Shown here: piece after piece, positions 49,389-59,424 of the stretch
Layout: every line of letters starts with the position of its first letter
Numbering within the stretch: the stretch's first letter is position 1
Source: Candidatus Latescibacterota bacterium
Lineage (GTDB): Bacteria > Latescibacterota > UBA2968 > UBA8231
Direction of reading: 5' to 3'
Assembly: GCA_965248265.1 (NCBI GenBank)
Contig: CBDFJF010000001.1
Coordinates: forward strand, 1,600,001 to 1,664,000
DNA: 64,000 bases
The notes under the pieces: model-generated
The model's input: only the letters and a program-made list of their open reading frames with translations
Told to the model about the DNA's origin: nothing
Databases searched by the model: none
Translations under genes and position numbers: made by a program

Positions 49389-51026
49389 TCAATAGGCGAT
49401 CGCGTAGCCATCCCGCCGCGGATCTGATCCACCCGCCATCGCCCCGGTCTCCGCATCCACACGGATGAACTGGGCGTTTCCCGGCCCGCCCCAGTCCCCG
49501 AGAATTTCCAGCGCGTGCCCCCGGCCCTCCAGCCCCTGCCTCGCCGCCTCATCGAAGCGACCCTCTAACTGCAGCATATCCTCACAGGTGTGCGGCACTG
49601 TCGATTCCATCGGGTTCTGCAGGCTGCGCCACCGCGGAGCTTCGACCGCCTCTTGTGGCGTCATGCCGAAGTGAATGGCGTGCGTCAGCAGCTGTAGATT
49701 GGTCTGCACTTGAGTATCGGCCCCTGGTGTGCCGCAGACGATGGCGGGCTTACCATCCTGGGTTGCGATGACCGGGTTCATGGTGTGACGAACCCGCTTT
49801 CCAGGAGCCAGACAATTCGCATGGCCCTCTTCCAGGTGCCAGTAGGTCATCCGGTTGTTCAGTAGAATGCCGGTATCGCCGGCGATCAGACTCGAGCCGA
49901 ATCCCATTTGGATGCTCTGCAACATACAGACGGCGTTGCCCTGCCCGTCGGCGACACAGAAGCAGGTGGTGTCCTCTTGTTGCTCTGGTGAGCCCGGACC
50001 CACCTCCGTGTTTACTCGGTCGAAATCGATTTCGCGCGCTCGCTCTCGGGCGTAATCTTTGGAGAGCAGGCCATCGATCGGCACGTCGATCCAATCCGGA
50101 TCGGCCATGAAGGCCTCGCGGTCGGCAAAGGCCAGCCGCTTGGCCTCAACCATGACGTGGATGCTCTCGGCGTTCAGGCATCCCATCCCCTCAATGTCGA
50201 AGCCTTCGATCAGGTTGAGTTCCTGCAGCAGAATGTGACCGCTCGAGTTCGGCGGCATCTCGTAGACGCGATATCCCAGGTAGTCGACATATATGGGTTC
50301 ATCCCATCTGGCATTGAACGCGGCGAAGTCCGCCTCCGTGAGCAGGCCTTCGTAATCCCTGCTGAACTCGGCGACCCGGCGCGCGATGTCCCCTTCGTAG
50401 AAGGCACCCCGTCCGTTTTCTGCAATTTGTCGCAGCGTCGTCCCGAGGTCTCGCTGCACCAGGATCTCGCCTGCTGCCAGTGGTCGGCCGGCCGGTTCAA
50501 AGATGGCGCGCGTGAACGGATCGGAAGCGAAGTTCTGGTGCTCCTCGGCCAGCATGGCCGCCAGCTTGTGGCTGACCGCGTACCCGCGCCCACACAGATC
50601 GATCGCCGGTGCGAACACATCGCTCAAGCTGAGCTTGCCGAAGCGCTCGTGCGCCATCAACCAGCCGTCCACCAGACCCGGGACTGAGACACTCAGAATC
50701 CCCTTCATCGGGATGCCCCCGCGCTCGGCGTAGAGCTCGCGCGTCGCGGCTGCCGGCGCCGGACCGGTCGCGTTGACCCCGAACATCTGCTGCGACTCGG
50801 CATCGTAGATCATGATGAAGCCGTCACCCCCGACCCCGGACATCGGCAGTTCGACAACGCCAAGGGCGGCGGCTGTCGCGATCGCGGCGTCGACGGCGTT
50901 ACCCCCCGCCTGCATGATCTGGATACCGGCCTGTGAGGCCAGGGCATCCCCGGATGCGATCACACCGTGAAGGCCCTGCACCGAGGGACGGTACGCTGGA
51001 AAGGCGACTTCATGAGGTGACGACAT
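49389..51026 (-). CDS. ggt: Gamma-glutamyltransferase family Ntn hydrolase
   Basis: GGNAVDAA, DTTCFCVAD, PGKRVRHT, GTPGAD and SDPRRDG motifs. Confidence 0.93.
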   Translation of the reverse strand: MSSPHEVAFPAYRPSVQGLHGVIASGDALASQAGIQIMQAGGNAVDAAIATAAALGVVELPMSGVGGDGFIMIYDAESQQMFGVNATGPAPAAATRELYAERGGIPMKGILSVSVPGLVDGWLMAHERFGKLSLSDVFAPAIDLCGRGYAVSHKLAAMLAEEHQNFASDPFTRAIFEPAGRPLAAGEILVQRDLGTTLRQIAENGRGAFYEGDIARRVAEFSRDYEGLLTEADFAAFNARWDEPIYVDYLGYRVYEMPPNSSGHILLQELNLIEGFDIEGMGCLNAESIHVMVEAKRLAFADREAFMADPDWIDVPIDGLLSKDYARERAREIDFDRVNTEVGPGSPEQQEDTTCFCVADGQGNAVCMLQSIQMGFGSSLIAGDTGILLNNRMTYWHLEEGHANCLAPGKRVRHTMNPVIATQDGKPAIVCGTPGADTQVQTNLQLLTHAIHFGMTPQEAVEAPRWRSLQNPMESTVPHTCEDMLQLEGRFDEAARQGLEGRGHALEILGDWGGPGNAQFIRVDAETGAMAGGSDPRRDGYAIAY

Positions 51027-51713
51027 CGAGATCTCTCACCACGTTTGATAGCACACGTAACCCAGGCCATAGCCGACCGCCAGCATGGTGACGAAGCCGC
51101 CACCCATCCAGAACGCCAGTTCCTTCGTGCCGTACCACAACGACATGACCCACTTCACCAGCGCGTTCATGGTGATGGCGATAAAGACCGCGATGCCAGC
51201 CGCCGGAATCGGTATCACCCCCTCCTTCACCATATCCGCCATCGACAGGGTGATGGCACTGGCGTCCCCCAGTCCGGCAACAGCACTGGCGATGTAGACC
51301 CCCTCCGCGCCCATCCAAGCCCCGGCCAGCTTCACGAACAGGAAGATGACAACGAAGAACAGGCCGAATTTCAGTGCCGGCGTCAGCGAGTACGGATTTT
51401 CCATCGGCATGTCGACCCCCGGTTCCTCCGCCCTCACCGACTTCGACAACAACCAGGCTCCCGCCATGCCGGCAATGGCCATGCCCAACAACGGCAAGGC
51501 GAGGAATCTGCCGAGGGTCTCGTCAACGAACCAGGCCAGCGCCAGAAGCCGGGGGAACTGCACCGCGTTGGCTGATACCGCAACCACGCCGCAGATACGA
51601 GCGTGGGTCGGGGCACCCCTTGCCCGCGTCGCCAGCGACATCGTCACCGCCGTCGTCGACACCAAGCCGCCCACGATTCCCGACACCCCTAGTGCTCTGT
51701 TAAGAAATCGAGC

Positions 51714-51742
51714 TTGTACTTTGTCGTAAGTCGTGGTATCAT
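51714..51742 (+). promoter_or_regulatory. Putative transposase promoter
   Basis: TTGTAC-N17-TATCAT with an extended TG. RBS AGGAGG at 51765-70. Confidence 0.55.
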
Positions 51743-51778
51743 GGATACATATGGTGAATCCGTCAGGAGGGTCATGCT

Positions 51779-52839
51779 ATGTGTCTCCATGCTCGTTCGC
51801 CGAACGCGGCGGAGTCTAAGGAACTGGGACGGTGGCTGAAACGGCCTCGCAACGCCGTGCAGATGCGCCGTGGGCAGTTGATCTCGTTCAGCGCCCAGGG
51901 CATGCGCGTCCAGGAGATCTCGGATACACTGCATCTGCATGAGGAGTACGTTCGCCAGTTGATCCGCCAGTACAACGAAGGGGGATTGACGGTTTTGCGC
52001 ACTCGGGCACGTCCGGGGCGTCCTTCGAAGTTGACGCCGGAGGACGAATCCGTGGTGGTGGAAATTGCCACGATGCCCCCCCGTGCATTCGGCCAGCCGT
52101 TCAACCAGTGGTCGTTGCGCAAGCTGACCGACTGCCTGGTGGGACGGCAGATGATTCCCGAGGTTTCGCATGTGACCATCGGAAAAATCCTGGATCAACA
52201 TAAGGTTACCTATCAACGGACGCGCACCTGGAAAGAATCAAAGGACCCGGAGTTTGTCTCTAAAAAAAACGCATCAACCGACTCTACAAGCGGGCGCCGA
52301 AAGACACGGTCGTAGTCTGTTTCGACGAACTGGGACCAGTCCAGATCAAGCCGCATGCCGGTGCTTCCTGGGCCCCACACAAGCGCCCGGTCCGGCATCG
52401 GGCAACCTATAGCCGCCACGGCGGCGTCAGCTATTTCTTTGGAGCCTATAACGTCCATGAGGACATCCTGTGGATGCATCACAAACCCAAGAAACATGCG
52501 TCGGTCGTACTCGATTTCCTCAAGGCCATTCGGCTCCGCTATCGCACGGCGGAGCGGATCTATGTCGTCATGGATAATCTGTCGACGCACAAGACACCGC
52601 CGATCCTGCAGTGGTGCCGACGAAACCGGGTCTCGCCGGTCTTCACCGCCACCAACGCGTCATGGATGAATCGGCTCGAATGTCACCTCACCGCAGCCCA
52701 TTATTTCGTCATTAAAAACAGCGATCCCAACGATCATCGAGAAGTCGGCCAGCGCATGCAGGAGTACCTGAGGTGGCGAAACAAGAACACGGACAACGCC
52801 AAGCTGGCCAAAGTCCAAAACTCAATGCCCACTCTTTAA
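51779..52839 (+). CDS. IS630 transposase in two frames joined at an A8 slippery site
   Basis: HTH/wHTH ORF (GRPSKL, WSLRKL) runs to TCT-AAAAAAAA-C at 52259-70. The -1 frame gives CFDELGP...VMDNLSTHK...WMNRLE (DDE triad). Stop lies in the right IR. Confidence 0.92.
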
Positions 52840-53652
52840 CAGAGCACTAGGCCACGGCTGTGGCCCAGAATGCGCATCGCCAGGTACCCGACGTAACTGA
52901 TCGTCGATACCAGGACGACCATCGTCCACACCTGCGTGGGATTGAAAAACTCGTACGGCCCCATGCTGCGGTCGGGCAGCAGCGGGAAGATTACGAAAAC
53001 GACCACCAGGAATTTGAGGGTATCGTAGAACTCGGTCTCGCTTACCGACTCCCGGGCGAAATCGTGCAATCCCCGTTTGGCCGCCAGCAGTACGGTCATG
53101 ACGATACCGGTGCTGATGGCCTGCAACTCGAAATCGCGCACCAGGTAACCCAACCAGAATACCAGCAGCGCAGCCAGCTCCGTCGTCATCCCGGCTCCTT
53201 CGCCCCTGTTGTAACCCTGCCACAACAGGGCGGCCAGAGCCGCGAATGTTACGAGCGTCAGGGGCACCTCATCCACCAGAGCGGACACGGCCCCCAGGAC
53301 ACCGAAGATGGCGAACGTCCGCACACCGGCCGACTCCCGCTCCCCGCTACGGCGTCCCTTGTAGCGCTCGATGCCGACGAGCATACCGATAGCCAGGGCC
53401 TCACCAAGCGCCTTGAACACGTCCATGTCGAATGAGTGTGTGTTCAAACTGTAGATACCTTACGTGATCTGCCGAAGGTAGGTCGAGAAATTCGCCCTCG
53501 TCCGCTGTAAGCTACGAACAGCGTCCGACCACTCCAAGTCTGGTGACCGCGTCTGCACGACTCAACTATTGAGTTTATAGACGAGCCGCCGTACGATGAT
53601 GCTTGCATTCACGCAGACGTCACTGCTGACGCACATTCAACCGGAACAAGTC

Positions 53653-54432
53653 ATGCGCATAGGCTGTCAAACCATCACCTTCGGGGAGGACCAGCACCAG
53701 CACTTCGACTCCATCTTCGCCTCCGTCCGCGAGGCCAGTTATGAGGGTGTGGAAATCGACTACCGGCACATCGCGGGCTGCGATCCGGTCCGGCTGCGCG
53801 AGTTGCTCGACCAGCACAACCTCCAGCTTCTCGTGTCACACATCGGCGGCAACCTCGAAGACGCAGACCAGGCAAACAACGAGCGCTCACTGTTGGAGGA
53901 CGTTCTTGATTGCCTCCAGAAACTCGACGTCGGCATTCTTATGTATTCAGGTTTGAGATTCGACACCGAAGATCAGCTCAACAGCGACCTGGCGATGATT
54001 CGCCGCACGGCTCAGCGGGCGACGGAGCAAGGTGTCCGCCTGCTCTACCACAACCACTACTGGGAAATGCGCGACGACGCCCGCATTCTGCGAGCCCTCG
54101 TAGACCAAGGCGGTGACGATCTCGAATTCTGCCCTGACGTCGGCTGGATCTTCAAGGGAGGTGCCGACATCAACCAGGTCCTCGAGCTGCTGCGCGGACG
54201 CATCGGCGTCATCCACTTCAAGGACTTTGCCTTTCCCGGCACCGGCGAGGAGTATGAGCTGTGCGACACTGTCGAGTTCGGCAGGGGCATCGTCCCGCTC
54301 GATGATGCGGCCACCTGGGTGACCGAACACGCGCCGGATGCCTGGGCAGTGGCGGAACAGGATATCAGCGTGCTTGAGCCAGGCACGGCCGTTCGAGAAA
54401 ACGCAGCTTACTTGATCGAGAGCCTGGAATGA
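53653..54432 (+). CDS. Sugar phosphate isomerase/epimerase (IolE/xylose isomerase-like TIM barrel)
   Basis: YEGVE, YHNHYWE, PDVGW, IHFKD and AEQD motifs. Confidence 0.88.
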   Translation: MRIGCQTITFGEDQHQHFDSIFASVREASYEGVEIDYRHIAGCDPVRLRELLDQHNLQLLVSHIGGNLEDADQANNERSLLEDVLDCLQKLDVGILMYSGLRFDTEDQLNSDLAMIRRTAQRATEQGVRLLYHNHYWEMRDDARILRALVDQGGDDLEFCPDVGWIFKGGADINQVLELLRGRIGVIHFKDFAFPGTGEEYELCDTVEFGRGIVPLDDAATWVTEHAPDAWAVAEQDISVLEPGTAVRENAAYLIESLE

Positions 54433-54474
54433 TAAAGGCGTGCGATACCCTCTATTCCGGAACGATATTGGTAC

Positions 54475-54792
54475 CTAATCCCATTCAAACACGACCTGGC
54501 CAGTCCTACCGGTTTCGAACACTCGAAGGCCTCTACCCCTTGGTCGATAGTGAAGCGGTGGGTGATCAGCTTCTCCAGGGGACATCGTTCTGCACCACGA
54601 AGTCGGACATCTCATCGAACAGACCGATGTTGTAGATCCACGACCCAAACAGCGTCAGCTGTTTCATTATCATGGTGTACTGAGTGTCGACTTGAAACGT
54701 TTCCCCCAAACCAACGATGGCCAGGCGGGCTCAGGTACTGGAAACTCCCTCACTTCGGCCTTGCGATCGCCGAGAAAGACGATGCCTTTCAT
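54475..54792 (-). pseudogene. Zinc-binding alcohol dehydrogenase relic (first ~22 codons plus C-terminal ~65 codons)
   Basis: MKGIVFLGDRKAEVREFPVPEP, then KQLTLFGSWIY...|LEKLITHRFTIDQGVEAF|FETGRTGQVVFEWD* across frameshifts. Confidence 0.8.
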
Positions 54793-54821
54793 GTCTACCG
54801 ACCTCATTCGCGAGTGCCGGC

Positions 54822-57800
54822 TTACTTCACCAGCGTCATCCTCCCCGTCTGCTGAAAGTCTGGCGTCCTCATTCGATAGAAGTAAACGCCGCTGCTGACG
54901 GCCTGATGCTGCTCGTCCGTTCCATCCCAAGAGACCCCGTAATAACCCGCAGGATGCTGCTCACCAGCGACCAGCGTCCGCACGTGCTGTCCGAGCACGT
55001 CGTAGATCATCAGCTCAACGGTTGCCGTTGCCGGTAACGCGAACCTGATCTGCGTGGACGGGTTGAACGGGTTCGGATAGTTGGCCCCGAGGAAAAACTG
55101 CTGCGGCACCAGCTGCGTCGAGATGACCTGGTGCACCTCACGTACATCACCCTCTGCCCCCGGGCCCTTCACGAATGCCTGGCGCAATTCGAAGTAGGCT
55201 TGATCGACGGTTGCCGCCCCCACGGTCTCGAACATGAACTCGGCAAGCAGGCCATGTCCGGAGACGGCGCCGCCGTCGGTGAGACCGTTGCCGACAAGGA
55301 CCTGGCCCTTGCGCTTGTGCATGATGCGGAACAGGGGTGCGCTGCCACCCTGCGACTCCAGCAGCGAGCCGGCCCCCGGTTGTGCCCTATCGAAGCGGAC
55401 GATCCGCGGGTCGTAGCGGACGACCAGGCCGAAGGCCTGCAGATCCCGCACCTGATCCGCCCATACCCGAACGGTGATGCGGTCATTCTCAGCACCCGTA
55501 ATCATGGGAGCACTGCCTCGCGCCTCCAGCCAGAGTTTGGTGTCGTAATCGAGCTCGTGCACGAAGGCCAGCGCCTTGCCGGAGACGGCTGACTCCCCGA
55601 AGTGATCAATGAAGATGAAGAAGTCGTCGAGGCCGATTCTGCCGTCGTTGTTGAGATCGAAGACGGCATTATCCCCGGAGACCGCATCGCCGAAGACGTC
55701 GATGAAATCGAAGAAGTCGTCGAGGTTGACCCTGAGATCGCCGTTGAAATCGGCGATCAATACCACTGCCTCGGCAGCGAACTCCTGCGGCCCCGTCCAC
55801 GGGCCGATGAGGGCACCTTCCAGTGCTCGCACGCGCCAGTAATAGATATCCCCTTCGATGAGATCCCGCGTGATGGTCCAGGAGGTAACGCCGTTGTCAT
55901 CCTCGGTGATGCCGGATTCCGAAGCCACCACATTCGCGAAATCCTCCCGCGTCGATACCTGCACGGTGTAGGTCAACGAGGCGCCGGCGGCAAAGGGCTC
56001 GGCGTTGGTGAAGCGGAACGTCGGCCGCAGGGCGCCGGCATGGGCCAACTCCGTCGGCGTCGTCGGTGCCGCCGTCGTCGTCGGCGTCACACTGATCGTC
56101 GTCGATGGATCCGAGGCGTTGTTGGAGCGGTCCACGGCGACGATGCGGTACTCATACGCGACGAGGTTGGTGAGGGACAGGTCTATGTAGGTCGGCTCCC
56201 CGAGCCCGGAGGCGATGGCGACGAACGAGCCTACTCCCGCCACGCGGCGCTCTACCCGGTAACCGGCCAGATCGAGCTCGTCGTTGGCGTCCCAGTTGAG
56301 CACGGTCTGCTCCGATCCCGGAAAGGCGCCCAGGCTGGCCGGCACCGCAGGTGGCGTCAGGTCCGGAGTGGCCAACGTCGTGAAGGAGGCTTGCGATGAC
56401 TCGGTCGGCGCGTTGTTGGCACGGTCGATCGAGCCGACCGTGTAGAAGTAGGTCGTTGCCGACTCCAGATTGGTGAGAGTGATCTCATGCCCGGTGACGT
56501 CCTCGACCGCACCGATGGTCGAAGTCAATAGACCCGAAGTCGTGCCGAAGTCTACGAAACTGTCGGCGAGCTCATCCGTGTCCCAGGTCAGGATGGCCGA
56601 ATCCTCATCCACCTCCACTTGAATGTTGGATACAACTGGAGATGAAAGATCGGGCGCCCCGTCTGTCGTAAATTGGAGAATGGATGATTCTGTTGGTCCA
56701 TTGTTGCTCAGATCACTGGAGCGGACCTTGTAGAAATAGGTCGTCGAAGCCTCCAGGTTGGTCAGCGTGATATCGTGTACGGTGTCTGTCTCTGGGAGCG
56801 AACGAATGAATCCCAGCTCGGCATCCGGGCCGAATTCGACCTCGGCCGTGGTCTCCTCGTTCATCGTCCACTTAACCGTTGCCGTCCTTTCATTCTTGTA
56901 GGAGATTCCCGGCGTGCCGACGATGGCAGGTGCTGTCACGTCGATCTCCGGGTTGGTCGTGAACACGGCCTGCGGCGACTCTGTGGCCCCGTTGCCGGAG
57001 GCATCGGTCGAGGCCACGAAATACTGGTACCTCGTCCCCGGTGTCAGATTTGACAGGGTGATTTTCTGCGTCGTCCGGTTTTCTCCAGCGGTTTCGCGCT
57101 CATCGAGCCCCTCGACCCCGAACTCCACCGCAGCGGATGCCGGCTCGTCAGTCGTCCACTCTACGATGGCGGTATCATGGGTCTTCGACGAGATCGCAGG
57201 ACCGCTGACGATTACGGGAAACTGAGTGTCCGGAAAATTCGTCGTCGTGAAACTGCCTCCACCACCGGGGGGCTGCAGCGCCGTCGTCGCCTTCCCGGCA
57301 AAGGCGGTGCGTTCGAAACTCGTCGTCCTGCCGTTGATTGCCTCGACCAGAATGCCGAAGTCGTATTCGGTGCCGGCCGTAAGCGCTTCGATCGTCACCA
57401 CGTGCGTCTGTGCGAGGCGCAAACTGCCGTCCTGGTTATAGCTGGAGTTTCGAAATTCATCGGCAGTGCCGTAGGTACCGCCCTTGGTGCCGAAAAACAC
57501 GGTGGCCCGCGTATCGACATCGGTCCTGAACTCGACAACGGCCCGCACGTCCCTGGTGTCGACGGTTGGCCCCGCGATGATCTCAGGAGGCTGATCGTCA
57601 CCCACGTTAGAGGTCACTACAATGATGTCCCGGCTCCACTGCTCGGTGCCCCGTCGATCCGTCGACACGATGATGTTCCCTATAGTCGCTGTGACGCGAA
57701 TCCGGTAGGAAGTTGACGGAACCAGGTTGCTCAGGGTAATGCTGTGTGCATTCAGGATTTCCGGCGACGTGACGCTGTGCGGATACAGAGTCGCATCACT

Positions 57801-58934
57801 TGCACCATCATCGATCGCGCCCCTGACCGGCCCGTAGTCGATGACGACCCTCGCAATCTGATTCAAACGAACATTGACGATGGCACTGTTGCTGCTGACG
57901 ATGACCCTCAGCTGACCCACAAAGCGAAGAGGTAGCTCGTCTGTACGGGTCTTGAAGCTGCCCGTCTTGACGACAATTGTCTGGTCAACGGTGAGCAGGC
58001 CGTCGTTTATCAGGTCGTCGACCCCGACAAGCTCGGAGGTAATCGTGTAATCATATCTCGTATTCGACTTCAACCCGCGAAAAAGAGCGGCGTGAGTCAG
58101 AGAGCCGACGTCCTGATCATGCGTGACCGGCGGTAGCGGTGACATGCCGACTTCGTTGACCTCAAAGCGGGTGTTTGCGGGTCGATTGGTAATCCAGGTT
58201 GCCGTGACACTGGTCGACGTTCGCTGCACATCGACATCGGTCCCGGTAATGCTTCGCAGATCCGGAGCTGCACGGGTCCTGAACAATCTGGGCTCGATCG
58301 GATTCGGCGTACCCAGCAGGCTCACCGATTTTATCTCAAATTCGTACTGGGTATCCGGCTCCAACCCTGTCACCGTGATGGAGTGCTTGCGCGTACGCAG
58401 TACCCGGTCCAGCTCCACGACTTCATCCACGAATTCATCCGTCAGCCCGATACCTGCAGCAGCCAGCGCATCCGTCACATCCGAACGCTCAACCTCTCGG
58501 GAATCGATACCGTCTTCGATCAGCACACGTACTGCCCTGACGACGTCGACAGTCGTATTCGCTAATGGACTCTCGACAAGCAGCCACAAGCTGGTATTTA
58601 CGACTCTAAAGCACAGCGCATCGTCGATACCAGGGAAACGTGTTTCCCAGGAAATAGTGACTTTGTTGTGACCGGGCGTGATATCAACGTTGAATATCCA
58701 GTTGGTAGAGTCGGGACCATCCATCACCAAAGGCCGGAATGGATTCACACTGACAACATTATCACCACCCTCGCTCGGTCCCCCCGCGAAATAGAGCAGA
58801 GCACCCTGTAGAATGTGGTCGCCCTCGCTCACCCCGGCACCACCGACGGCCTGCAGGTTCTCCACCGCCCCCTGCACTGCTCTGGGGGTAACTGACAGCA
58901 CACACACAGTGCCGACCAGTGCTGCGATCCTCAT
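54822..58934 (-). CDS. Large secreted protein: multiple FN3-like domains, dockerin/EF-hand pair, cohesin-like domain, C-terminal FlgD-Ig/T9SS-type sorting-like domain
   Basis: Signal peptide, repeated W.T...H.I.L.NL...T.Y FN3 units, DFNGDLRVNLDDFF/DLNNDGRIGLDDFF, FGLVVRYDP, and NYPNPFNPST...VSSGVYFYRM. Confidence 0.85.
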   Translation of the reverse strand: MRIAALVGTVCVLSVTPRAVQGAVENLQAVGGAGVSEGDHILQGALLYFAGGPSEGGDNVVSVNPFRPLVMDGPDSTNWIFNVDITPGHNKVTISWETRFPGIDDALCFRVVNTSLWLLVESPLANTTVDVVRAVRVLIEDGIDSREVERSDVTDALAAAGIGLTDEFVDEVVELDRVLRTRKHSITVTGLEPDTQYEFEIKSVSLLGTPNPIEPRLFRTRAAPDLRSITGTDVDVQRTSTSVTATWITNRPANTRFEVNEVGMSPLPPVTHDQDVGSLTHAALFRGLKSNTRYDYTITSELVGVDDLINDGLLTVDQTIVVKTGSFKTRTDELPLRFVGQLRVIVSSNSAIVNVRLNQIARVVIDYGPVRGAIDDGASDATLYPHSVTSPEILNAHSITLSNLVPSTSYRIRVTATIGNIIVSTDRRGTEQWSRDIIVVTSNVGDDQPPEIIAGPTVDTRDVRAVVEFRTDVDTRATVFFGTKGGTYGTADEFRNSSYNQDGSLRLAQTHVVTIEALTAGTEYDFGILVEAINGRTTSFERTAFAGKATTALQPPGGGGSFTTTNFPDTQFPVIVSGPAISSKTHDTAIVEWTTDEPASAAVEFGVEGLDERETAGENRTTQKITLSNLTPGTRYQYFVASTDASGNGATESPQAVFTTNPEIDVTAPAIVGTPGISYKNERTATVKWTMNEETTAEVEFGPDAELGFIRSLPETDTVHDITLTNLEASTTYFYKVRSSDLSNNGPTESSILQFTTDGAPDLSSPVVSNIQVEVDEDSAILTWDTDELADSFVDFGTTSGLLTSTIGAVEDVTGHEITLTNLESATTYFYTVGSIDRANNAPTESSQASFTTLATPDLTPPAVPASLGAFPGSEQTVLNWDANDELDLAGYRVERRVAGVGSFVAIASGLGEPTYIDLSLTNLVAYEYRIVAVDRSNNASDPSTTISVTPTTTAAPTTPTELAHAGALRPTFRFTNAEPFAAGASLTYTVQVSTREDFANVVASESGITEDDNGVTSWTITRDLIEGDIYYWRVRALEGALIGPWTGPQEFAAEAVVLIADFNGDLRVNLDDFFDFIDVFGDAVSGDNAVFDLNNDGRIGLDDFFIFIDHFGESAVSGKALAFVHELDYDTKLWLEARGSAPMITGAENDRITVRVWADQVRDLQAFGLVVRYDPRIVRFDRAQPGAGSLLESQGGSAPLFRIMHKRKGQVLVGNGLTDGGAVSGHGLLAEFMFETVGAATVDQAYFELRQAFVKGPGAEGDVREVHQVISTQLVPQQFFLGANYPNPFNPSTQIRFALPATATVELMIYDVLGQHVRTLVAGEQHPAGYYGVSWDGTDEQHQAVSSGVYFYRMRTPDFQQTGRMTLVK

Positions 58935-58977
58935 CCGGTTGCATAACCTGCTCGAAAACCTCAAGTCGCCACTCATT

Positions 58978-59424
58978 CTAATTGCCATTGATTTTAACCT
59001 CCGCGCCGCGGCCATCTAGCCATCCGCCGTTGGTTAGTTGAGCCACTTTCGGTGATCCCTGGATGGATCCCAGAATCTCCATATTGTTGGCAGCAATACT
59101 GGCGACGGGAACATGGAGCTTTTGGCTCAGGTCGTCTATGCGCGCTCTCATCGTCGTGTCTGCCGCTTGTTGTTGCTCTATTTGGGTCTGCTGTCGTTCG
59201 ATGATTTCCTGCTGCTCCCGGAGGGCCGTGGTCAGGACAGGGATGAGATCGGCACAGTAAACGCCGAGCATCTGATCGGGATCATCGCCGATGTAAACCA
59301 CCTCACTCACCACCGATTGCACCTCCTGTGCAATGAAACCAAGCTTCTTGCCGCGCTGGGGTTGCTTCTTCCAGGTGAATGAGACCGGGCGCAGTTCCAT
59401 GATTTGTTCGAGGCCGTGCTCCAC
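58978..59424 (-). CDS. Stand-alone partial Peptidase_S74 (intramolecular chaperone) domain with coiled coil; possibly a gene remnant
   Basis: GLEQIMELRPVSFTWK...GFIAQEVQ...LIPVL, paralogous to the C-terminus of the upstream gene. No RBS recognised. Confidence 0.7.
   Translation of the reverse strand: MEHGLEQIMELRPVSFTWKKQPQRGKKLGFIAQEVQSVVSEVVYIGDDPDQMLGVYCADLIPVLTTALREQQEIIERQQTQIEQQQAADTTMRARIDDLSQKLHVPVASIAANNMEILGSIQGSPKVAQLTNGGWLDGRGAEVKINGN

Larger units (their letters stand above)
51692..52847 (+). mobile_element. IS630-family insertion sequence (1156 bp)
   Basis: Terminal inverted repeats GTGCTCTGTTAA...TTAACAGAGCAC. Flanking TA duplication at 51690-91 and 52848-49, inside a CTAG target. 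Confidence 0.95.
51036..53447 (-). pseudogene. MgtC/SapB-DUF4010 membrane protein interrupted by IS630
   Basis: 5' part (IGMLVGIER, AGVRTF, GMTTE) and 3' part (GGLVSTTAVT) rejoin in frame as HSRGLGVSG when the IS and one TA are removed. Confidence 0.92.
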
